The notes below the pieces were generated by a model. That model searched no databases. It was not told the DNA's origin and saw nothing but the letters and a program-made list of their open reading frames with translations. This document shows positions 50,110 to 63,591 of a stretch of 64,000 nucleotides of DNA, piece after piece; position 1 is the stretch's first letter; each line of letters begins with the position of its first letter. Position numbers and translations under genes: made by a program. Source of the DNA: Octopus sinensis (lineage: Eukaryota); contig NC_042997.1 of assembly GCF_006345805.1 (NCBI RefSeq), positions 206,646,001-206,710,000 on the forward strand. Reading direction: 5' to 3'.

Positions 50110-50250
50110 TGGTTGCATTTCAAAAGTGTTACATGAAATTTACTGGCATGTCATGGAAAAATATCCTTATTTCAAACAGGTATTTTCTCAGTTGCCTATT
50201 GTAGCCTTTAGACAGAATAAGAATATAAGAGAATTATTGACCTCTATTTC
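50110..50250 (+). mobile_element. Penelope-like element remnant (RT-to-GIY-YIG linker)
   Basis: EIYWHVMEKYPYFKQVFSQLPIVAFRQNKNIRELL matches the PLE linker pattern W...FxxxPxxAYRRxKNLRDxL. Confidence 0.6.
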
Positions 50251-51399
50251 TAACTCTGAGAAAATGAACCGTGAGGGTAATAAAATGAAAATCAGAATAG
50301 AAATATAATCAGGAAAATATATACAACAAATGTTACAAAAGAAAAAAGCATGAGCAAAAGGCATACAAAAAACAATGAACACTACAAAATTTGAAAATAC
50401 AGCCAAAAAACAACATGATGGCTGAAAATGTTAACAACAGTTCAAAATAAAACTTTAGAAAATCAAGAAAGCATGTAAGAGTATCAGTAATCAAATGTTT
50501 TCTTTGTTTTTGGCAAAATTATTTTACTTCACTTTAAAAATTTTAATTTTCAGTTAGTTAACTATTTGTCGGTTATTTTCCTGAAATCTGAGTTTTCCTC
50601 AAATAAATGCAGATGTCATAAAGTTAATCAAAAGAAAATGAATATCATCTTTATAGCATTGTATTAATAATAAACTAACAAAAATAAATCTTTATTTCAA
50701 AAATCTTAAAACAATTTTTCTTTGATACGTGGGAATTTATGATAAAGCATCAGATTATTTTTATCAAATTTTATTTTAGCTGCAGTATTTTAAGCTGTTT
50801 TCCCTTATTTTAGACTTATTTCTTGGGTGAAATATGTCTAATCAGTATTGAACGGTTGGCTTATTTGAATATTTTATTTAATTAGCAACTCATTCAAATT
50901 CTATTTTAGTTGCAATGTTTTAAGCTCTTCTTTTTAGGCTTACTTCTTGTCTTTTATTTTTCCAGGTTTATTAAATACTTAAGAATATTGTTATCCCTTG
51001 CTCTCATTTTTCATTCTAGTTCAATATAGTCCTCCAGGCCATAAAAGAGGAATTCAATATGGGATGCCCATGGGAATGACTTTATGTTGATGACCTTGCT
51101 CTTACTGCAGAACCTATAGCAGAATTGGAGAAGAAATTCCATGGAAGCAAAACCTGGAGTTAAAGGGCCTTAAAGTTAACATGCCTGGCCAGTGCCTGTC
51201 AAACCATCCAAACCATGCCAGCAAGGAAGACGGATGTTAAACAATAATGATGATGATGATGATGATGTTTGGACTCTCAAAATGTGTGACGGTGGTGATG
51301 AAATGAGGAAAGCTTGCCGGGACAGAAATGCCAAGTTGTGAAATGATGAAGGTATTAGAACCTCAATGCAGTTACAAATATCTAGGAATGCTTGAGACA

Positions 51400-52250
51400 G
51401 ATGGAATTAAATACAACAATATGGAGAAAAGACAAAGAAAGAGTACCTGTGGTGAGTAACAAAAATATTGGCTTCAAATTTGAATGCCAGAAACAAAATT
51501 TCAGCAAAAAACCCACATGCAGTCATAGTAGTTCAGCGGAATGTTGAAGGAGTCAGAGAAGGAGCTAAAAGAGATGGACAGGAAGTCAAGAAAGCTCTTA
51601 ACGATGCATGGAGCCCATCATCCTCTTGCAGACACTGATTGCCTATTCAGGAAGAGAGGGAAATGGAGAAAGAGGACTGATAAGTGTGGAAGACTGCATA
51701 CGTACCAAACTCCAGAGCTTAATGAGATACGTAACCCAAAGTAAGGAAACCTTGCTAGACACAGTTAGGAATGAGAGAATATCGAAAGCAGAGAAAAAAA
51801 GGGGAAAAAAAAGAAAAACATTATGCAACAAGGGATTACACAATCAATTTGATAAAACCATAACAGAAGACACTGGAAAAAGTAGGTGGGATGGGCAGAA
51901 GAAAGGAACACTAAAGAAAGAGACTGAGAGCAGCACCATACTGGCAATGCAAGACCAAGCTTTGGCCACGAACTGCAGGGTCAATCTTTAGGAATGAGCA
52001 AGTGTCTCTGCTGTGCTACATCTGTAAAAGAGTGGATGAAACCATTACCCATATTATAAATGAATGCCCTAAACTTACCCATAATCACTACAAGATGTGA
52101 CAACATGATCAGTACCAAAAGAGCTATATTAGAAACTGTGCGAAAAGTGGAGTCTAGAGAGAATGTGGTATGAACACAAACTGGCAGAGTTGGAAACTTG
52201 AAAAATCCTCTAGGATTTCCCAATCCAAACAGAATAGGTGCTAGGGTATA
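51400..52250 (+). mobile_element. R4/Dong-like RLE LINE fragment
   Basis: DRKSRKLLTMHGAHHP...GERGLISVED...LAMQDQAL. Confidence 0.75.
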
Positions 52251-52299
52251 ACACACTGGACCTAATGGTGGTCAACAACATCCACACCACAAGTGCTAC

Positions 52300-52960
52300 A
52301 TAGACTAACAGATAAGGTTGCTTTTATGTGTGACAGATGTGCAAGAACAATAAGCACTAAGAACATGAGGGACCTAGACTCTCTCAATGCTAAGGTGGAT
52401 CTCTTAAGGTAGTAGATAGTTTCTGCTGTTCAGGGGACCAAATTAGTAACGATGGTGAATGCTCTGAAAATATTGTTTCTAGAGAAAGAATAGGCTGGAG
52501 GAAGTTCAGGGAGCCATTACCTCTGTTGGTAACAAAAGGACTCTCTCTCAGAGTGAAAGGTAGACTGTGTGATGGATGTGTGCCAACGGCTGTATTCCAT
52601 GGTAGTGAAACATTGGCTCCGAATACAGAAGACATGTGCAGACTAGAGAGAAATGAAGGCAATATGCTTTGTTGGATGTGCAACATCAGAGCGCACGACC
52701 AACAAAGCGTGACTGTACTGAGAAAAAGATTAGGCATAAGAAAGATTAAATGTGGCATGCAGGAGAGAAGACTGCATTGGTTTGGACATGTGATGTGTAT
52801 GAATGGAGACAGATGTATGAAGAAATGCTTGTCGTTGAAACATAAATGGCTTCTGTGGAAGAAGGATGCCCAGGAGAACATGGGATGAAGTAATGAGGAC
52901 CGATTTCAGGATGTTGGGAATCGTGGAGTAAATGACACTGGACTGAGATGTCTGATTATA
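52300..52960 (+). mobile_element. Old RTE C-terminal fragment
   Basis: VTKGLSLRVKGRLCDGCV...RLERNEGNMLCWMC. Confidence 0.8.
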
Positions 52961-53099
52961 TGAGGTTCTAGAGAAGATCCACCCATGTCAGTGCAACTGA
53001 GTACTAGAAGCATTGTGTCCCACCCAAACATAATGAAACATTGGAAAGCAAAATCTAAGAAAAGTGAACATCAGACATGGAATATTCCACGGTGATAGC

Positions 53100-53690
53100 T
53101 TATTTCCATTACTATTTGTATTGGCCATAACACCGCTCACTATGATACTATGAAAAGTTAAAAATTGCTTATGATTTGGGAAAAGGAAATGGTCAGATAA
53201 ATCATCTCCTTTTCATGGATGATATAAAGGTTTATGTGGAAAATGAGAAAAAACTTGAAAGTCTTGTATATACCATCCGGATTTTCTCAAATGACGTGGG
53301 TATGGAATTTGGGATAGAAAAATGTGCTATATTGAAAATGACACAAGGAAGATTTGAAAGAAGCCAGGGAATTGAAATGCCAAATGGACAAACAATGAAA
53401 ACGGTTGAGAAAGGACAGTGGTAAAAGTAGTAGGGAACATTGGAAACAGACGAGAAAAAAATAAAGAAATGAAACAAATTACCAGTAGGGAGTTAACAAG
53501 GAGAGTCAGAAAATTATTGCTAAATGCAAAAAAAGAAAAAAATGTTATTAAAGCAAAAAGTGCAAGAGCAGAACCTGTAATCAGATATGGAGTTGGAAAT
53601 GTAGACTGGAGCAAAAACGATAGAAAGAAACTGGAGAGGAAAACTAGAAATGTATGGAGCCCACCATCCAAACCTAACAATAATAGTTGC
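53100..53690 (+). mobile_element. R4/Dong-like RT fragment
   Basis: INHLLFMDDIKVY...FSNDVGMEFGIEKCA. Confidence 0.8.
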
Positions 53691-54039
53691 TTACTAATTG
53701 ATCCACCTTGTTAATTTGATGCCAGGATTGTAAAGAAAGGAGATGAAAAATGTTTTAAATCCAATCCCTTAAAATTTGAAATGGTGAGAATTTGGAGTAT
53801 CAGAACCGTAATGGTCGTGCTTATTATAATAATTGGGAACTGTAAGTAAAGATATAGACAAATGGTTGTAAGAGTTTGGTTGTAAGAGACATGAAAGATT
53901 ATCAGAAGGGTTTTGAGCACTTCAAAAATTAATAAAAGCTTATGGATATCTAAGGTTACAGGTAGTAACCTGCTATCCTAGGAGAAATAAGAACAACCCC
54001 GAAGCAAATTTAATAATAATGATGATGATGATGATGATG

Positions 54040-54843
54040 ATCCTTAAATAAACAGAGAGAATAAGGTTGAAGCTATCAACACCTGGGCAGTTTCACTCCT
54101 TAGATATGGAGCACGGGTAATCGCATGGACAGTAGGCAAGCTAAACAGCTTAGACAGAAAGATAAGGAAGTTGCTAACTAGATATGGGACACTCCTCACA
54201 AAAAGTGACACAGACAGACTGTATGTACCAAGAAAAAGAGGGGGAAGAGGACTTATTGGATGTGAGCACAGCATTAGAGCAGAAGAAAACAACATAGCAT
54301 GGTATGTAAAAAAATGCCACAAAACCACAATTATTGGAAGTAAGAAGGTCAGGCTTGTGTAGGATGAAAGATGGCAAAGATAAAGCACTGTACAAGCAAT
54401 TGAAAATAGGTGGGTAAAGAAAAGAATGCATGGACAATTTCATAGGGATGTTGAAGATAAGACAGACAGAGGAAAAAGATGGGTGTGGATGACTAAAAGT
54501 GATTTAAAACCAGAAACAGAGGCTCTAGTCTGTGCTGCCCAAGAGGAAGCACTAAGAACAAATTACATAAAATACAGAATAGATAACACAGCAGAAAGTG
54601 ATAAGTGCAGAATCTGTAAACAAAATGGTGAAACTGTATGGCATATTATCAGCCAATGTACGCCACTAGCCCAGAAGGAATATAAGAGACATCATGACAA
54701 TATAGCCAGGCTTGTCCACTGGACACATTGCAACAAGTGTGGACTTGACAGAGCGAAAAATCCGTATGATCACAAACCCGAAGGCATCATCAAAAATGAT
54801 AATGCAAAGATCCTGTGGGATTTTATGATTCACTGTGACCATG
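54040..54843 (+). mobile_element. R4/Dong-like RT-thumb, CCHC and RLE fragment, truncated by a SINE
   Basis: LYVPRKRGGRGL; CRICKQNGETVWHIISQC; HHDNIARLVHW; ILWDFMIHCDH. Confidence 0.85.
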
Positions 54844-54881
54844 AGGCGCAGGAGTGACTGTGTGGTAAGTAGCTTGCTTAC

Positions 54882-57800
54882 CTCCATTTTAGAGAGTGCT
54901 TCCAGTTACTGTAGTCACCATTTTGGAGCAAGTAAGACGTAACTTGTCATTGTGGATTAACTGTTTGTGTTCGTTGGAGTGGATATACCGTACGTGGTTT
55001 TGGAATTTTTATGCTTCCCTATCGGGAAGATAAGGTGTAAAGACCTTTTTAACTTCAATTGGGCATTGAAACTTTTTTCAAGCTGCTGTAAGCTTTTTTG
55101 TGCCAAACCCCCAAGGTGGGGGGGGGGAGATATGTTGTTATTGCGTGGATTACGTGTACTTTGGATTTTTTCTGCTTCTTTATCAGGAAGGTAAGTCAAA
55201 AAAACTCTTTTTCGTATAATTGAAACCTTTTTCAAGCCGTCGTAGGTTTTTTCTTGTGCCTCGCTCCGTAAAGGGGGGGGGGAAAGATTGAAACTAATTT
55301 GATGAACACTTTACAAAACTGTTTTGTGCATCAATAATTTTGACCAAACATGTCGGTGGAAATTTTAAAAGAAAAAAATTTCTGAAAGCACTCCCAATGA
55401 GAGTTATGTTAATAACAAAAAATTTGCTGACGTTTCGCTGTGGAAACAAAGACCATTGTGTTGAACAATGTAGAATTGAAAGATTATTTTTCCAGGATGA
55501 AGGAAGAAGACGGGGATCTCAAAATAACGCCCAGGTTTGATACTGAAGTAATAGAGAAGAGAACTGTGGTTTTCAGATCCTTCTGTATGGAAGGAAGACA
55601 TTTTAAGTGTTTTAAAGAAAATATTATTGAAAAATACCTTGCCCTGGTGTGGAACGATATTACTCATATTGCAAGGGGCGAAGTTTATGCAACCATTGAA
55701 GTCCGTTTCAAGATGGAGAAGTTGGCACAGGAGTATTTGGTTAGCCCCTTGAAGACAAAGGAGGTGGCACTTCTACCCCCTTACAGGGGAAGACATACTT
55801 CTCGTGTGAGGGTGACGGATGTGCCACAGGAAATAGACCCTCGGGAGGTGATGGCTGCCCTGTTGTATAACAGGACAGACAAAATACAATTTCTCCAAAT
55901 TTCATACTGGACAGGACAGATCATTTCAGCCATCATCCAAGGGAAACCGGAAGACACTGAAAACCTTCCGGACCGGCTACACATAGGTGAGAAAGAATTC
56001 AAGAGGAGGGTAAAAAGGTTACTTGCTTCGAATGTGGGGAAAAAAGGGACATTCGAAGCGATTGTGAAACAAAAACAAAGAAAGGAGAGGAAAACAAGAA
56101 AAAAGAGAAAAAACTGTTCCAGACACCAGTCCCCACAACTATTCAAAACATCCCCATATACTAGTCCCCACAAAAACAAATGCTCCCACTCCCCCTGTTG
56201 TGGTGCCACCCCCAAACAAAGTAATGAAAAGACCCAACCCCAGCATACACAAACCCCCACATTAATAAAAAAAAAACCCTGCCCACCTGATTTCTGAGGC
56301 ACCTTGTGTTTCAAACACAATGCCGCCAGACGACACCATGGAGGTGTCCAAAAAGGAATTCATAACAGTGTGCAAACGTTTACACGCACCTTCCCCACCC
56401 ACATCCTCCACAGGAAAAAAGACAACCATACAGCACAGATAACAAAAAAGAACCCGCTCCATCGCCCCAGAAAAAAATCACCAAATAATGACGAAACAAT
56501 TTTAATTGAGTATGACTTGAATAAGACAATTATTTGGAAGGACTAATTCCACAACACCATACGCTGAAACTTTTGAATCTAAATGACATACATATGAGAC
56601 GTGCCTGGATGGGGGGAGGCCTACACAGGCAGATGAAAGATAGGGGTCCGAGAGGCATCAAGAGGGCCACAGACTCGCCCGAATGCCCGGAGAAGGACAG
56701 AAAGGAGGAGGCCGACTCATGTTTGGTGAGGTCGGCCCCAGCATCTCCGAGTAAGGGTAAGTAGAGCCTTTGTTTTTTTCTCCCAGGTTTATGGCTTCAC
56801 TTAGCTTGGGGTGCTTAAATGTACGTGGTCTGAGCTCGAAGTTGAAGCAAGCTTGCCTCCTCGACGACCTCAGATCACATGATATACATGTGATGGTTGC
56901 TACAGAGACCAAGCTGGACAGTTTACAAACCTTCTCGCCCTTCCTGAATGGCTATGAGAAAAATCATGTCTCCTAGCCAGACCGGAGGCCGAGGGGGTGT
57001 AGTAGTACTCGTCCAAAAAGGCTTGACTCTGCAGAACAAGTACAGTTTATGTGGACCTCGAAGGTGGGCTGGTCGTCCTTGACATGACGTACAGTGATAG
57101 AGCCTTCAGGTTGATCGGAATGTATGCACCCTGTGCTAGACGATTACAAACTGATTTTTATCGGCACCTAGAAAACTTTCTTGTAACGTCAAAGACATTA
57201 GTGGTGTTAGGTGACTATAACACTATCATTGATGCACGCATCGATAGTGTAGGCTCGATTGATAGGAAAACGAACTCACGTCTCATAGATCTGCTTAAGC
57301 GATTTCAGCTTAACCGAATGTCCCCGAGTGAACCTGGATGAATGGCGATGGAAGGTTCGAGTCTTATTTAGATAGGATAGTAATAAGAGCTAGAGATAAG
57401 GCTAGCTTTAGTTGTCCACAGCTTGTTCAGGTATCCTAAACGAACCATAGAATGGTTAAGTGTAGGCTGAACGTAGATAGTGCAGTTAAGAGAGGATCCA
57501 AATACTGGAAGCTGAACAAGTCTATTTTGACTTGTGAGGCATACTGTAGCCGGATTAAGGAATTAGTACAGAGGGTGTTAACCAGCTCCGCGGTTAATAA
57601 CTGGTGGTGGTTCGCCCCCAAAAGAACCATTCGTTTCGAGGTTAGGTAGCTAAGACATGACAAGGCGAGAATAGAAGGGAAACTAGCTAAGGACTTAGAG
57701 GCGGTGTTGAGGTTGTGCTCTGCATCCCAGATTTTGGCAGCAAGAACAGCCTTGGACCGTCACCTTAGAGCCAAACACGAGGGATGTAGAATTCGGGCTA

Positions 57801-60800
57801 AAGTGCGAGTATTGGGCCATGAGGGAATTAATGTCACCGGATGGGCCCATATGGTAGAAACCCAGCATGGAAATGATGCCACAATTAGGTTTCTGACTGA
57901 CGATAGTGGGAGTTTGGTCGAAGGACGGGACGAGATGTGTGAGGCGCTTTACAAACACTTCGCCGAGTTGTTCGGGGGAGCGGGAGGCTGGATCATGGTG
58001 AGGACCTTAGGGACTTCCTGTCTGGCAGCCCGTGTCTCCCGGTGCGTGAGGCTGAGTGCTGTGAAGGGCCAATCACAGCTGAGGAGGTGATTGAGGTGCT
58101 GGGAGAATGCCCTAGGGAGAAGTCGCCAGGTCTCGATGGTCTACCCTATGAATTTTATAAGAATATGCCAGACTTGTTCGTGCACCTGCTGGCCAGTGTT
58201 TACGCCAATTAGCAGCAGAATAGGAGAATTCCCAAGTCTGCAAGCCGAGGGGTGGTGACGCTGATCAGAAAGGATCTGAGCAAGGGGGAAGAGATTAGTA
58301 ACTTCCGGCCCATAACTCTGCTAAACACAGAGTTAAAGATTTTGGCCTAGGTGTTAGCAAAAAGGTTGGCGCAGGTCGTGGACAGACTTGTAGGGAAGGC
58401 GCAAACTTGTGCCATCCAAGGCAGGTCGATCCAAAACAATCTCCATCTTCTACGTTACACCTTAGAGAGGGTAGGGAATCTTTCTGGTACAGGAGGGGCA
58501 CTGGTACATTTAGACCAGTCTAAAGCGTTTGATACGAGGGGCGTTCAATAAGTAATGCTCCTGACCCACTTCCTATAGCAGTAGAGCAACGAAACCTGGC
58601 ACAGATATTAGTCTTTGTCTACATAGAAAACACTCAGAGTTACGCATTTCTCCCATCGTTTGATGCAGCTCTGGAGACCGTTTTTGTAGAAGACCCGAGC
58701 TTGGTCCTCCAACCACGACGTGACTTCAGAAATCAAGGCTGCATCATCTGGGAAATGCTTTCCTTTCAAAAACAACTTCATGGATGGGAAGAAGTGAAAA
58801 TCAGAGGGTGCAAGATCAGGAGAGTAGGGGGGATGGGGGTGGAGATCATAGCCGCATGCCTGTGCTTCTGATCTGGCGACAAGCAAGATGTGGACCGGAG
58901 CGTTGTCCAGCAGGAGGAGGATGCCTTTGCTGATCTTGCCCCGCCTCTTGATTTTGATAGCTTCTCTTAATTTCCTCAAAAGTGAAGCATAATAGGCTCC
59001 TGTAATTGTGGTACCCTTTGCCAGGAAATCTGTCATCACTACTCCGCCCTGGTCCCAGAAGACTGTGAGCATGACCTTGCCAGCGGAGGGCTGAACCCTT
59101 GCCTTCTTTGGAGGAGGTGAGTCACGGTGCTTCCACTGCATTGACTGGGCTTTGGTCTCTGGATCATAGTGATGGACCCAGGTTTCATCCTGTGTAATCA
59201 GTCTTTTGAAAAATTTTGACTCATCTTCTTGGCACATCTCCAAATTCATCCTCATGCACTAGACGCGTTCTTGCTTCTGGAAAGGTGTGAGCAACCTGGG
59301 AATCCATCTTGCAGACACCTTTTGCATATCCAAGTGGTCATGAATGATAGTTTCCACAGACCCGGTACTAATCTTGACCTGATGGGCTATTTGGCGAATA
59401 GTTATGCATCGATCTTCCAAAATGGCAGCCTCAACTTGACGGACAGATGCCTCATCAATGGCAGAAGGGGAGGCGACCAGATCTGGGAGCTGTTTCCACA
59501 GAGTTCCGACCATGTTTGAATTCATGATGCCAGCGTTTTACAAGGTCATATGATGGGGAATCATCACCATAAGTTACTTTCATTTCATCAAAAGTCTTCC
59601 GTGGTGTGCGTCCTTTCAAATACAAAAACCGGATCACTGCTCGACACTCAACAGGCTCCATTTCATACTTGACTCAGTTCAAACACCTGTAAATCAGAAA
59701 CCGCAATTAGTCCAGAGCTGTAATTTGCCACGTAATCTGTAGAGATATAAATAATTGCACATGCAAAATTTCAGCTAGATCAAATAACTGCAAGTGGGTC
59801 AGGAGCATTACTTATTGAACGTCCCTCGTAGGGTCGACCACCGGTACTTGGCAGCAGTCCTCAAAAAGGCTGACCTAGGCCTGACCTTCTGCAGTTGGAT
59901 TGCTGCTTTGTACAACGACATCAAGTCTGCAGTCAAAATAAATGGATTTTTCTCAAAACCATTCAGGATCGAACGCTCAGAGCGTCAGAGGTGCCCCCGT
60001 CTCTGCTTTTGTATGTACTGACTCTTGAGCCATTGCTGCGGAAGTTGGAAGCACTAGGAGGCGCACCGCAAGATCTGTGGTGCAGAGGTGGAGCTACAGT
60101 ATATGTGGATGACATCTCCATAATCGTGGCGGATGAGAGCCAGCTTCCAGTGGTGGAAGAGGCCATCAAAAGTTACGAGGTGGTGTCAGGAGCAAAGGTG
60201 AACAAGGACAAGTCAGTCGGATTGCAACTCGGCACCTGGAGAGGCAAGCTGATGATGTCCAATAACGTTGTGGGGCATTGGACGAAAGGTCCTATTAAAC
60301 TGCTTGGTGTTTGGTTTGGAGCAGACCTCCAGGTAGGGATAAATTGGAGTGAGGTAGCCAGTAAGGTGACTGCTCTAACCCAGACCTGGTCTGGGCGGGC
60401 ATTATCCTTGCTAGGAAAGGCGGAGGTGGTGCAGATGTTTATAGCATCTGTTATCACCTACCGTCTGACCGTGGTGCCTTGCCCTGATTTGTGGCTGAAC
60501 AAGTTGGAGAGAATCCTTTTCCGCTTTCTATGGAAAGGAGGAAAGCCTCTTGTGAAGCGCTCTGTCTGCTGCCAGAAGCCACTAAAGGGTGGGCTAGGGA
60601 TGCCTTGGTTGAGGATGCGAAAATTCGCGTTAAGGTTGAGGTACCTCTGGCTTTACCTGGATGGAGAAAGGTGTAGTCACCGCACGTCCAGTTCTACCTT
60701 CTGAGGTTAACATCCTTAATGGACATTGGTACATAGATCAAGCAGAGACCTAAACTGGGAGAATGGCATTTGGAGTGCCATCAGGCACTTCAGCTACTCT

Positions 60801-61666
60801 CTCGGGCGGGCAATTCCGGCAGCAAAAGTTCCACCGCAGATTTTTATAGCAGGTTAGTGGGATTTATGTCTCAAGACGCCTTGGGGGAGACCCTGGGCTA
60901 CAATGAGAATCAGTTGAGCAACCTGTTCAGGAGAACATTTGGGCCGGGGTATATGGATAATTACCAGAAATCACAGTGCTTCTGTGCGGCGTTACCGGTT
61001 CGTGATAAGCTGTCAAGGCACAGAAGTGCCATCTCGGCCTCATGTCCGAGGTGCGGGCAGGACAGGGAAACCATCTTGTACGCACTTGTGCGAAGTCCGG
61101 AATTATCGGGATTGATAGCTTTCATGGAACAACTGTTGTCATCGATGGGAAGAGTACAGCTATCAGCTGAGTCCATCATCGAGATTTTGCTGCCTTCTTC
61201 CCTTAGCAAGGAAAGGAAGGCCTGTTTTTACTGCGTGGTAGCCATTTCAAAAGAAACGGTATAGAAGACACGTGTGAAAGGGATTGTGACGGTTACCTTT
61301 GTATCCGGCCAGGGGTTGCTCAACTTTTTTAGCTACCACCTCAGCAGCAAGATCAGGCTTGGGAAGCAGTACTTGTCACGTGAGAAATTCGTAAAAAAGA
61401 TGGAAGCCTGTAGTAAGAAAGCTGGGAGTGATTGGCACCAAGTAAGTGGAGCCCTGGAAGAAAAGCAAAGGCCCTTCCCTGATGTCGGATGCCTTTCCTT
61501 CGGTGTCACGTTGCATAACGCAAGGTATTTTATTTTATTTTATTTTTTAATTTTTCATATTTTTAATCGATTTATAATAACGCTTTAAGCTACTTCACCA
61601 TTCTATGTTTGTCTGTCCATGTTTGTCCCCTCTGTATTATGCCTACACGGCAAATTTATTGAAATA
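54882..61666 (+). mobile_element. Full-length decayed Tx1-like (L1 group) LINE with 15-bp TSD
   Basis: TSD aagtagcttgcttac at 54867-54881 and 61667-61681. ORF1 from ~55440 with a frameshifted degenerate knuckle CFECGKKRDIRSDC. ORF2 from ~56791: MASLSLGCLNVRGL (APE), LDQSKAFD-RVDH, YVDDI, KGGLGMP, CPRCGQDRETILY. Confidence 0.93.
58535..59828 (-). mobile_element. Complete 1294-bp mariner (DD34D, probably irritans-like); transposase has one frameshift and one stop
   Basis: 37-bp TIRs cgaggg(g/a)cgttcaataagtaatgctcctgacccactt with 1 mismatch; TA TSD at 58533-58534 and 59829-59830; WIPRLLT, TQDETW, LLDNAPVH, YSPDLAPSD with 34 residues between D2 and D3. Confidence 0.97.
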
Positions 61667-62045
61667 AAGTAGCTTGCTTACAAACCACATGGTTCCGGGT
61701 TCATTCCGACTGCATGGCACCTTGGGCAAGTGTCTTCTACTGTAGCCTTGGGCTGACCAAAGCCTTGTGAGTGTATTTGGTAGATGGAAACTGAAAGAAG
61801 CCTATCATATATATGTATATATATATGTGTGTGTGTGTGTGTATATGTTTGTGTGTCTGTGTTTGTCCCCCCAACATCGCTTGACAACAGATGGTGGTGT
61901 ATATACGTCCCCGTAACTTAGTGGTTCAGCAAAAGAGACCGATAGAATAAGTACTAGGCTTACAAAGAATAAGTCCTGGGGTTGATTTGCTCGACTAAAG
62001 GCGGCGGCGGCGGCGGCAGCGGCGACGATGATGATGATGATGATG

Positions 62046-62085
<40 letters not shown>

Positions 62086-62109
62086 TATTTATTATTATTT
62101 ATTATTAAT

Positions 62110-62715
62110 AAATAAATAAATAAATGCCCTGATGCAGTAATATTCCTTGATGCAGTACCAGGCAGTGGGTCTCGTGGCTTCTGATCTTAACTGATTGGAA
62201 GTGTTATCATGTACATTGTTTTGTCTTGGTATAAAAGATGGGCTACAGCAAATATTCTGCTCAATACCACAGATTTGCTTGTCAGTTGTTTGACCTTAAC
62301 CAGTTGACCATGTCTCCTAGTGGCTGACGATATGTGCATCTCTGATCACGAGCAGAAATAGTGGGGGAGCATCATAGCCATGTGTTGAGAGGGATTCTTT
62401 GGGGTTTTAATAATTCACCTTTGGAAACATGGGTGCTTTGTTCAACATCTTTAAACAACCCTTATTCGGGGACCTTTGGAGTGGAATGGGTTACTCGACC
62501 AGAAGAAAATTCTAACTGGGCCCCACCTGCAAGGTCATGCGCTGTCTATCTTGATATGAGATCACTATGTTGTGCACATATGGTTGCGAGGCATGTGCCT
62601 GGTGTACCCTTATAAGACGGGTAGTCATGATGGGTATATTGGGCTTCGTATATTTTACCCCAGTGTCACTTTGATGGCATGCACTGCTCTCTCACTCAAT
62701 GATAATAATAATAAT
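62110..62715 (+). repeat. Dispersed repeat ending in (AAT)n; partial inverted homolog at ~42400-42600
   Basis: Shared ggtataaaagatgggctacagcaaatattctg segment. Confidence 0.65.
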
Positions 62716-63250
62716 TTGATGAAGCCATTGCCCTTACTGTGAATGAATGCTCTCAACTTGCCCCTAACCAATATGAGTTGTGGTGACATGATGAGGTTGC
62801 AAAAGTGCTGCATTGGAAAGTGTGAGGAAAGTTGGGGTTAGAGAGAAGCAAAACATGGTACAAACAGAAACCACAGAGAATCACAGAGTCAGAGACCTGT
62901 AAAATCTTGTGGGATTTTTCAATTCAGAATGGGCCAAGTCCTTGAGTACAACAAGCCAGGCCTGGTCGTTGTGGACAAGGTGAACCACATGTGCTCTATA
63001 ACTGATGTTGCATACGCATTTGACCCACATTTAGTTAGGTGAACAAGTAGAACAATCCTCTTAAATATGCTGACCGTGAAAGAGGAGATAGTACTAATTA
63101 TATGGGGGCCCTGGGGACAGTATCAGAAGATATTAAGAGGAAAATGAGGACAGAGCGCCGAGTAGAGCTGTCTGCCACCTTGTCACAGGCCATTATCATC
63201 AAGAAAATATTCCATGGCTGAACAGAAGAGATAGCATGGTACCGTAGGCT
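62715..63250 (+). mobile_element. Decayed R4/Dong-like RLE 3' fragment
   Basis: HDEVAKVLHW and KILWDFSIQ remnants. Confidence 0.7.
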
Positions 63251-63357
63251 GTGGATAGCAAGCCTCCAGGAGTTCCAACAAAACCTGAATTAAAAGAATG
63301 ATAATAACTGATTCTGATAGGTAGACTAGACAAAGAGAGGAGAAAAAAATTACTTAC

Positions 63358-63591
63358 CATACGCCTCTTTAAAACTTATAATGTAAGTATCAGAGGTTTG
63401 TTGATGAACTGAAGAAATATCTCCACCAGAACTTCTTTCTCTGTCTCCAAAATAACTTTGAAGACTCTCAGAGCTGACATTTGAAGAAACGTTTTTCACT
63501 CGAACACTGTTTATTTCCTCAATTCTATCCACTTTCAGTTGATTTCCTTTTAAGGGGTTGTTTTGGCACAGCTTCTGAACATTCTCAAAAT
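63358..63591 (-). CDS. PARP14: PARP14-like gene, exon encoding RRM-like region (most 5' exon in window; gene continues beyond the right edge)
   Basis: ttgcag| acceptor at 63592-63593 and |gtaag donor at 63356-63357; phase 1-1, 234 bp. Encodes DFENVQKLC...INSVRVKNVSSNVSSESLQSYFGDRERSSGGDISSV...YIISFKEAY, resembling PARP14/PARP10 N-terminal RRMs. Splices in frame to 41715 to give IISFKEAY-V-VLDVCRRRHQLEDVELDVQPF. Confidence 0.8.

Larger units (their letters stand above)
54845..62000 (+). mobile_element. tRNA-derived SINE split in two (54845-54881 and 61667-~62000) by the Tx1 insertion
   Basis: Head ggcgcaggagtgactgtgtggtaagtagcttgcttac resumes as aagtagcttgcttacaaaccacatggttccgggttca; compare the uninterrupted copy at 29277-29437. 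Confidence 0.9.
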
